Source of the DNA: Patescibacteria group bacterium
GTDB lineage: Bacteria > Patescibacteriota > Patescibacteriia > PEXW01
Length of the DNA stretch: 64,000 bases
Reading direction: 5' to 3'
NCBI GenBank assembly: GCA_041671325.1
Contig: JBAZBR010000002.1
Span: 9,978 to 73,977 of the forward strand
The notes beneath the pieces are model-generated. The model did not search any database and was not told the origin of the DNA. It saw nothing but the letters and a program-made list of their open reading frames with translations. Position 1 is the first letter of the stretch. Every line of letters starts with the position of its first letter. The translations under genes were made by a program, and so were the position numbers. Below, piece after piece: positions 56,356-64,000 of the stretch.

Positions 56356-57456
56356 ATGAATTTTTTTGGCTTAAAAAAGAAAACCCATAAAGGCCAGACC
56401 CTCTTAGAAGCCATCATCGCCATTGGCGTGATTATGACTGGCGTAATTGGCTCTTTGGTTTTGGTTACCACGACCATAAAGCTTGGCCGGACAAACCAAG
56501 ACCGGGTCATTGCCCAAAATCTGGCCAGGGAAGGCATGGAATTGGTTTATAATCTCAGGAATTCCGCAACCCTAATGGGCATTGAATCGCCCTATATAAG
56601 CTGGGATTATTTTTTATACAAAAAAAAATCAAAAGCGGTCTTAGGCTATAAGGAATATTATGATATTGCCACTGGAGAAGGGACAGAATCTAGTCCTTGT
56701 GTTAACGCGCCAGATGTTAGTTCTAATGATAATAAACTGAATGACTGTGATGCAATAGTTATTGAAAAATACTTATTTGAACCACCAAATATTTTGCCTC
56801 CGATTTGTGAAGATTATCAATATCCCGTCCCAGGTACACCGCCCTATACAACAACTCCTTGTGATTTTAATGGCGATGACAAATTGAACATTACTGATGT
56901 GGTTTGGCTAATTAATTATATATATAGAAATTCTTACATTATGGCCTATGGCGGTTATCCGCAAATTTTGACAACTGTTGCCGGGAGCATTAAGCCTTAT
57001 GAAAAAATAGATTTTAATCAAGACAACAGCACTTTATTTTTTATCGGCACTGATCCGCTAGCAAATATTCCCGCAGCTTGGGAAGCCCCAACGGTTGATG
57101 ATCCTAACCTGATTGAAAAGAGAAGCCGGGTTTATAAATATAACAATACTTACACTCAAAATGTCCTTCCAGATACTACCCCTGGATTGGAAAAGACAAA
57201 ATTTTACCGCATGATAACCCTGCAATCTGTTTGCCGCGGAACACACAATGGTACTCCTGACACCACTGTTTTACTGCCAGTAGACTCAGTTCTCAATTGC
57301 TACGACTACGTGAGAACACAGGTTTGGAATGTTGCTGACGCTAACACCGTAAAAAAAGTCGGGATTTTAGCAAATGTTGAAGTTCGCTGGTCAACAGCCT
57401 TGAGTCCAACCAATGTCAAATACCAAGAATTTATTTACGATTGGATTAATTTTTAA
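56356..57456 (+). CDS. PilV-like minor pilin with dockerin-like insert
   Basis: KG|QTLLEAIIA, AQNLAREGMELV.N.R; DFNGDDKLNITDVVWLINYI. Confidence 0.8.
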   Translation: MNFFGLKKKTHKGQTLLEAIIAIGVIMTGVIGSLVLVTTTIKLGRTNQDRVIAQNLAREGMELVYNLRNSATLMGIESPYISWDYFLYKKKSKAVLGYKEYYDIATGEGTESSPCVNAPDVSSNDNKLNDCDAIVIEKYLFEPPNILPPICEDYQYPVPGTPPYTTTPCDFNGDDKLNITDVVWLINYIYRNSYIMAYGGYPQILTTVAGSIKPYEKIDFNQDNSTLFFIGTDPLANIPAAWEAPTVDDPNLIEKRSRVYKYNNTYTQNVLPDTTPGLEKTKFYRMITLQSVCRGTHNGTPDTTVLLPVDSVLNCYDYVRTQVWNVADANTVKKVGILANVEVRWSTALSPTNVKYQEFIYDWINF

Positions 57457-57494
57457 TCCCGCGCCAATTCATTTGAACGCTTAAACTGCCAACC

Positions 57495-57575
57495 ATGAAT
57501 TTTTACCGGCAAAAAATTGACAATCAACAAAAAAGACTTTCATTGAAAAGTGGTACGGGATTAATAAATGACTAG
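57495..57575 (+). pseudogene. Orphan prepilin leader mini-ORF (26 aa)
   Basis: MNFYRQKIDNQQKRLSLKSGTGLIND* is homologous to the leaders of 55339 and 57886 but has no pilin body. Confidence 0.7.
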
Positions 57576-57584
57576 ATTTGAAAA

Positions 57585-57830
57585 ATGTATTTTGTCTATT
57601 TATTACGAAGCAAGAAAAATAAAGCAATTTACATTGGCTCCACCAATAATTTAAAATTGAGACTACGACAGCACAATAAAGGACTAGTGTTTTCAACAAA
57701 AAGATATATGCCTTGGGAATTAGTATATTATGAAGCATATAATAACGAAGGCCAAGCCCGTTTGCGGGAAAAGAGGCTTAAATACAATGGTAATGCTATT
57801 AGAGAATTAAAAAGAAGAGTTGGGTTGTGA
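57585..57830 (+). CDS. Stand-alone GIY-YIG (URI) nuclease
   Basis: YFVYLL..IYIGST..RLRQHNKG..STK..YYEAY..ARLREKRLK. Confidence 0.9.
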   Translation: MYFVYLLRSKKNKAIYIGSTNNLKLRLRQHNKGLVFSTKRYMPWELVYYEAYNNEGQARLREKRLKYNGNAIRELKRRVGL

Positions 57831-57885
57831 TAATTACATGGGTTTACCCAGCACCACTTTCCATAAAAATAATTAATAATAATTA

Positions 57886-58743
57886 ATGAGATTTTACTTG
57901 AAAAATATCCAAAATCACAAAAAAAGACTTTTTTTGAAAAAAAAGGTGGGATTTATCCAGCACCACTTTTCATTCCGAATGAAAAGTGGTGCTGGATTCA
58001 CGCTTATTGAGGTCATTATTGCCATGGCGGTTTTTTCCGTTGCTATGGTTTTGGCAACCGCCACTTTTGTCTCTTTTGTCCAAAGCCAAAGAAGGACCAT
58101 TACCCAGCAGGAAATGCAAAATGATGCCCGCTCAGCCATTGAGGAAATCGCCCAGGTCTTAAGGGAAGGCGTGGTTGATTATGCTTATTATTCTACCAAT
58201 TTTACAGAACCAATTGAAAAAACCATACTTTTTGATTCTCTTGATGGCACGGGAAAAAAATGTTTGGCAATCCGGAGCGCTTTGAATGAATATTATTATT
58301 ATAAATTAGACGGCGGGGTAATAAAAAAATATTTTTCAGCTAGCCCTATCAGCACTTCTTGCGTTGGCGGCACGAACTGGTCGGTTGTAACACCAGAAAA
58401 TTTAACCATAACCAATTTCACTTTTTTAATCACCCCTTCCCAAAACCCATTTCAGGGTAAATCTTACCAAGCATGCGGAACCCCGGGGGCTCCGACTGCC
58501 TGCACCGAATGGGGGACTTATTGCAATGAAGATGGTAGTATCGATTGTGCTTACCAAAAAGGGACTTCCTGTTATTGCGTACCAAAAGTTTATGGTGATT
58601 TAATCCCTTTGCACCCAAAAGTCACTTTCAGTTTGACCGTATCCAGGAAAGCCAACCAGACCACGCTTTCAGAAACCTACCAAACCACCATAACCAGCCG
58701 GGTCTATAAGAATTTTGACCTTTTAAACCGCTATGCGCCTTAA
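57886..58743 (+). CDS. PilW/GspJ-like minor pilin with in-frame palindrome in the leader
   Basis: VGF-IQHHFSFRMKSGAG|F-TLIEVIIA. Confidence 0.85.
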   Translation: MRFYLKNIQNHKKRLFLKKKVGFIQHHFSFRMKSGAGFTLIEVIIAMAVFSVAMVLATATFVSFVQSQRRTITQQEMQNDARSAIEEIAQVLREGVVDYAYYSTNFTEPIEKTILFDSLDGTGKKCLAIRSALNEYYYYKLDGGVIKKYFSASPISTSCVGGTNWSVVTPENLTITNFTFLITPSQNPFQGKSYQACGTPGAPTACTEWGTYCNEDGSIDCAYQKGTSCYCVPKVYGDLIPLHPKVTFSLTVSRKANQTTLSETYQTTITSRVYKNFDLLNRYAP

Positions 58744-60019
58744 TATTTCCCACAGAAAAAAAGCTAAGAAATCAGCCAATCAAGAAAATAAAGGCATAAC
58801 TCTGCTAGTTTCTTTATTGGTTATGTCAGTGGTGGTGGCGATTGGCATTACCATCAGCACGGTAGTGGTCTCCCAGGTGAAAATTAATTTAGTCGTTACC
58901 CAAGGCCACCAGAATTATTATATCGCCGAATCAGGCATTGAAAACGCTTTAGAGACGTTAAAAGAAAAAAAAGGCGGCACGATTGCAGAAGCCTTAACAG
59001 CCATACAAAGTTTAGTTTTTCCGTCTGGCAGCGATATAACCGCCGATTTAACAAAAAGCGATAGTCTTTCCGGCGGCCAGACCGTACCCACAGAACTTAA
59101 GGAAAATAGCAGTGCGTTTATTGATTTATATGATGTAGACGCAAGTTTGTCCTCGATTGGGATAGATCCTCCAGTTTTTTGCGTTTATGGCGAGTCTACT
59201 GATGAAGAAGCTCCTTATAAAGATAACGAGGTTATGGAAGTTACTTGGATTGCCTGGTCAGAAAATTTGGAGGTTTCCGCGCCGCAAAAAGCCTTAGTCG
59301 CCCATTCAAATTTCAGTGATCCGTCTGGCTGTGCTCCTTATGGCGGTCAGGCAATAGATTTAACTTATTTTTTTTCGGCATTTACGTATACTGGGTCATT
59401 AGCTGGTTTTAGGTTTAAGGTGACTGCCTTAAAACCACCCGGTCCACCAACTCCAGGCGATGGGGATATCAAGAATTTTAAAGTTTATACGTCTCCAACA
59501 GATTTAAGCACGCAAATCCAGGTCAAATCCGTCAGTAATTACGCCGGCCAAACCCAGGCTTTGGTTGCCACTTTCCCTTGGTCAACCCCCCTTTCTTCGT
59601 TTTATGATTTTGTGATTTTTAGTGAAGAGGATTTAAAAAAAGAGTTATCTGTTTCCGTAGACCAAACAATTAAGAAATTTGGGCCATATCCGGCAGTGAG
59701 TAGTCCCATTAGTGACGTGGCTTTTGTTGGCTGCGACAGCTCGCCATGCCAATATTATATTCGTTTGTTAAGAGCTGACGCTAAAACTTGGGGTGAGTTT
59801 GATATTACTACCAGTGGTGCCGCATCTGGCACAGAGCCACAAACAATTATAGTTACATCGAATATTACTAGCTGTATTGTTAGAAATTATTATACTTTTA
59901 GTACTGCTTCTGGAAACACTATTACTTTTAGCGCTATCCCCGCAGATGGTCCAACACAATACGAGCTTATTTCCAAAGCCACTTTTATAGATCCTAGCGA
60001 AACATATTGCCCAACCTAG
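58733..60019 (+). CDS. PilX/GspK-like minor pilin
   Basis: KG|ITLLVSLLV (no E5), YYIAESGIE.AL. Confidence 0.8.
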   Translation: MRLNISHRKKAKKSANQENKGITLLVSLLVMSVVVAIGITISTVVVSQVKINLVVTQGHQNYYIAESGIENALETLKEKKGGTIAEALTAIQSLVFPSGSDITADLTKSDSLSGGQTVPTELKENSSAFIDLYDVDASLSSIGIDPPVFCVYGESTDEEAPYKDNEVMEVTWIAWSENLEVSAPQKALVAHSNFSDPSGCAPYGGQAIDLTYFFSAFTYTGSLAGFRFKVTALKPPGPPTPGDGDIKNFKVYTSPTDLSTQIQVKSVSNYAGQTQALVATFPWSTPLSSFYDFVIFSEEDLKKELSVSVDQTIKKFGPYPAVSSPISDVAFVGCDSSPCQYYIRLLRADAKTWGEFDITTSGAASGTEPQTIIVTSNITSCIVRNYYTFSTASGNTITFSAIPADGPTQYELISKATFIDPSETYCPT

Positions 60020-60024
60020 CAAAT

Positions 60025-60924
60025 TTAATTTTCAAGCGGATAAATAAAATCCGTGGAAATGGTTTTGCCTTGCACCAGGACTTTTAGGGCATGGTATTTG
60101 GGCTTGAATAAGCCGCCCAAAGCGCTCTGGGGCAATTGGCCGCCGCCGCCAGTGACTATGACTGGTACGCTTTTAGTCACCTTGCCTTGGCTGTCTTTGG
60201 CCAAAGCCATAGTAAAGTCAAAGTAATTATGGATATGCCCGGTAAAAATTTGGTTAGGCGGGTATTTGGCCAAAATCGCCAGGAACTTAGCGTTGCTGGC
60301 AGTTGAGGTTTTGGTTTCGTCGTCGCCTAGAATCGAAGCTAAAGGATAATTAAAAGGCCGGTGATAAGCCAAAACCAGCACTGAATTTTTTAATTTATTT
60401 TTAGCGTAATCCGCCAGGTCATTTTCCAGCCAGGCAAGTTCGGTTTCCTCAAAGCCGATTTTACGGTTGGAATTATCCAGCAAAACCAGGTGGATATTTT
60501 CTATATCAACTGCTTGCCATCTTGGCCCGACTTGCCCTGTCCAAATGCCCCCATTTTGGTCTTCGGCCAAATCGTGGTTGCCAGGAATATAATAGATGGG
60601 AATTTTTAAGCCCAAATTGGCATGAAGTTTTTTTAAACTTTCGAATTCTGCCTGGGTGCCATTTTCCGTGGCATCACCCACATGCAACAAGAATTTTATT
60701 TCGGGATCTTTGGCAATTTGTCCAATCAGGCCTGTGTATATGGAATTTTCACCTTCATTATCGCCAATGACGGCAAAAGCCAAAGGTTTTTCTTTGGTTT
60801 TTAAGAGTTGAAAATTAGTTAAATCCTGGAAATTAACCTTAATGGGTTTCCAGAGGTTGAAGAGCATTAGCATAGCCAAGCTAACAATCAACACCAAGCC
60901 TGAAATGCGGTATACTGGTTTCAT
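60025..60924 (-). CDS. Calcineurin-like metallophosphoesterase
   Basis: GDNE, HVGD, PGNHD, YHRP, GHIH; N-terminal TM. Confidence 0.9.
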   Translation of the reverse strand: MKPVYRISGLVLIVSLAMLMLFNLWKPIKVNFQDLTNFQLLKTKEKPLAFAVIGDNEGENSIYTGLIGQIAKDPEIKFLLHVGDATENGTQAEFESLKKLHANLGLKIPIYYIPGNHDLAEDQNGGIWTGQVGPRWQAVDIENIHLVLLDNSNRKIGFEETELAWLENDLADYAKNKLKNSVLVLAYHRPFNYPLASILGDDETKTSTASNAKFLAILAKYPPNQIFTGHIHNYFDFTMALAKDSQGKVTKSVPVIVTGGGGQLPQSALGGLFKPKYHALKVLVQGKTISTDFIYPLEN

Positions 60925-61002
60925 AGTAATGGAAGCATACAAGAAAATTTATTTATTTTCCAGAAATTATAGAATATAATTATTCGGAATTTATACTAAT
61001 TA

Positions 61003-61451
61003 TTCCCTCTCCTCTGGCAGGAGAGGGAATCCCGCCAAATGGCGGGATGGGTGAGGAGGAAAACAATTATACATGAGAAAAATATTAACCAATAGAGCAA
61101 GGGTATTTCGAAAAAAACAAACTTCATCAGAGGCTATTTTGTGGCAAAATTTAAGAAATAAGAAACTATTAGGATATAAATTTTATCGGCAATACCCAAT
61201 TAATAACTATATTGTTGATTTTTGTTGTCCGATTAAACGGTTAATCATTGAAGTTGATGGTGGCGGTCATAATTATGACGAACAAAAAGCTAAAGATGAG
61301 ACCCGTGATATTTTTTTAAAAAAACAAAAATTTTATGTTTTAAGGTTTTGGAGTAACGATATTCATAAAAATTTATCCGGAGTAATGGAGACAATTTTTG
61401 ATTTTTTATCCCCCCTCTCCTTTGGTTCCTCCCCCGCATAAGGGGGGAGGA
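61003..61451 (+). mobile_element. Coding DUF559-type element, copy 3
   Basis: Left TTCCCTCTCCTCTGGCAGGAGAGGGAA-hairpin-GGGTGAGG; right CCCTCTCC..TCCTCCCCCGCATAAGGGGGGAGGA. Confidence 0.75.
61073..61441 (+). CDS. DUF559 (Vsr-like) endonuclease
   Basis: RARVFRKKQTSSEAILW..KFYRQ..YIVDF..EVDGGGH..RFWSND. Confidence 0.9.
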   Translation: MRKILTNRARVFRKKQTSSEAILWQNLRNKKLLGYKFYRQYPINNYIVDFCCPIKRLIIEVDGGGHNYDEQKAKDETRDIFLKKQKFYVLRFWSNDIHKNLSGVMETIFDFLSPLSFGSSPA

Positions 61452-61489
61452 AAAATTGAATATCGCTTTGCCTTAAATAAGGTAGATAA

Positions 61490-63511
<2,022 letters not shown>

Positions 63512-63527
63512 GATATAATCAAGGTAT

Positions 63528-63809
63528 ATGCAGCTTTCTGAACAAGATATCGAGCATTTAGCCAAGTTAGCCAGGCTAAATCTGGATAAAACAACTGAAC
63601 AAAAATTTGCCGAGCAGTTGTCTCGGGTCATTGATTATGTTGAGGTGATTAATAATGAACAAATTACAGACGAGGAAAAAAAAGAGTTTGGGGGTTTAAG
63701 TCCAATTGAATTTCGAACTGACAAGCCAGGCGAATCGGATATTAAAAATTTAGAAAAACTGCCGCCTAAAAAAGAAGGTAAATATATCGTTTCACCACCC
63801 TTGACTTAA
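63528..63809 (+). CDS. gatC: Asp/Glu-tRNA amidotransferase subunit C
   Basis: IEHLAKLARL..R.D; directly before gatA. Confidence 0.85.
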   Translation: MQLSEQDIEHLAKLARLNLDKTTEQKFAEQLSRVIDYVEVINNEQITDEEKKEFGGLSPIEFRTDKPGESDIKNLEKLPPKKEGKYIVSPPLT

Positions 63810-63810
63810 A

Positions 63811-64000
63811 ATGGAAATTAAGCTTTTAACTATTGACCAGCTTCAAGAAGCCTATGCCTCGGGCGAGCTTTCGGTTGAAGCGGTGGTAAGCGCATATTTA
63901 GACTCCATAACCCATCAAGATTCCAAGATCGGCGCTTATTTAGAGATTTTAGGCGATCAGGCCATTAAGCGCGCAGAAGAGTTAGATGATAAGCTGCAAA
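63811..64000 (+). CDS. gatA: Asp/Glu-tRNA amidotransferase subunit A (partial, N-terminus)
   Basis: LTIDQL..GELSVEAVV.AYLD.I..D.KIGAYL..A..LD amidase N-terminus; follows gatC. Confidence 0.8.
   Translation, partial: MEIKLLTIDQLQEAYASGELSVEAVVSAYLDSITHQDSKIGAYLEILGDQAIKRAEELDDKLQ

Larger units (their letters stand above)
54301..57997. repeat. ATCCAGCACCACTTTTC / GAAAAGTGGTGCTGGAT repeat family at pilin gene starts
   Basis: Left arms near 54304, 55299, 57456 (variant), 57846 and 57955; right arms near 55387, 57545 (variant) and 57977. Confidence 0.85.

Noticed and set aside
54301-57997. CRISPR array interpretation of the CCAGCACCACTTT repeats
   Set aside because: Copies are irregularly spaced, in both orientations, separated by genes, and no cas genes are present.

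Overview
This window looks like chromosomal DNA from a Patescibacteria/CPR (Parcubacteria-like) bacterium using genetic code 11; the taxonomy is inferred from gene content. It has four parts. (1) 0.3-16.4 kb: a CPR-type, relaxase-less type IV secretion-like operon (VirB6-like, PrgI, VirB4, VirB8-like, two VirB2-like Cys-rich pilins, one fused to a lytic transglycosylase, and DsbA) running into radA. (2) 16.4-33.7 kb: housekeeping genes (recG, clpC, comF, htpX, lemA, ABC transporter), three tRNAs and small orphan genes. (3) 33.7-60 kb: a large type IV pilus locus (surface proteins, pilMNO, pilB, a degenerate pilT, pilC, pilins, Wzy_C/TPR, pilD, minor pilins). (4) ligA-gatC-gatA. The most striking unexplained layer is a set of small nuclease-associated palindromic repeat families. 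One is a GIY-YIG-associated repeat that sits exactly at, and re-creates, the prepilin G|F cleavage site of minor pilin genes. Another is a DUF559 element with complex inverted ends, found as three intact copies, one truncated copy and several empty copies. There are also tRNA-associated palindromes, including an intact tRNA-Ser nested in the anticodon loop of a fragmented tRNA-Ser. A highly structured 5' leader precedes the putative major pilin. All coordinates and alignments were done by eye.
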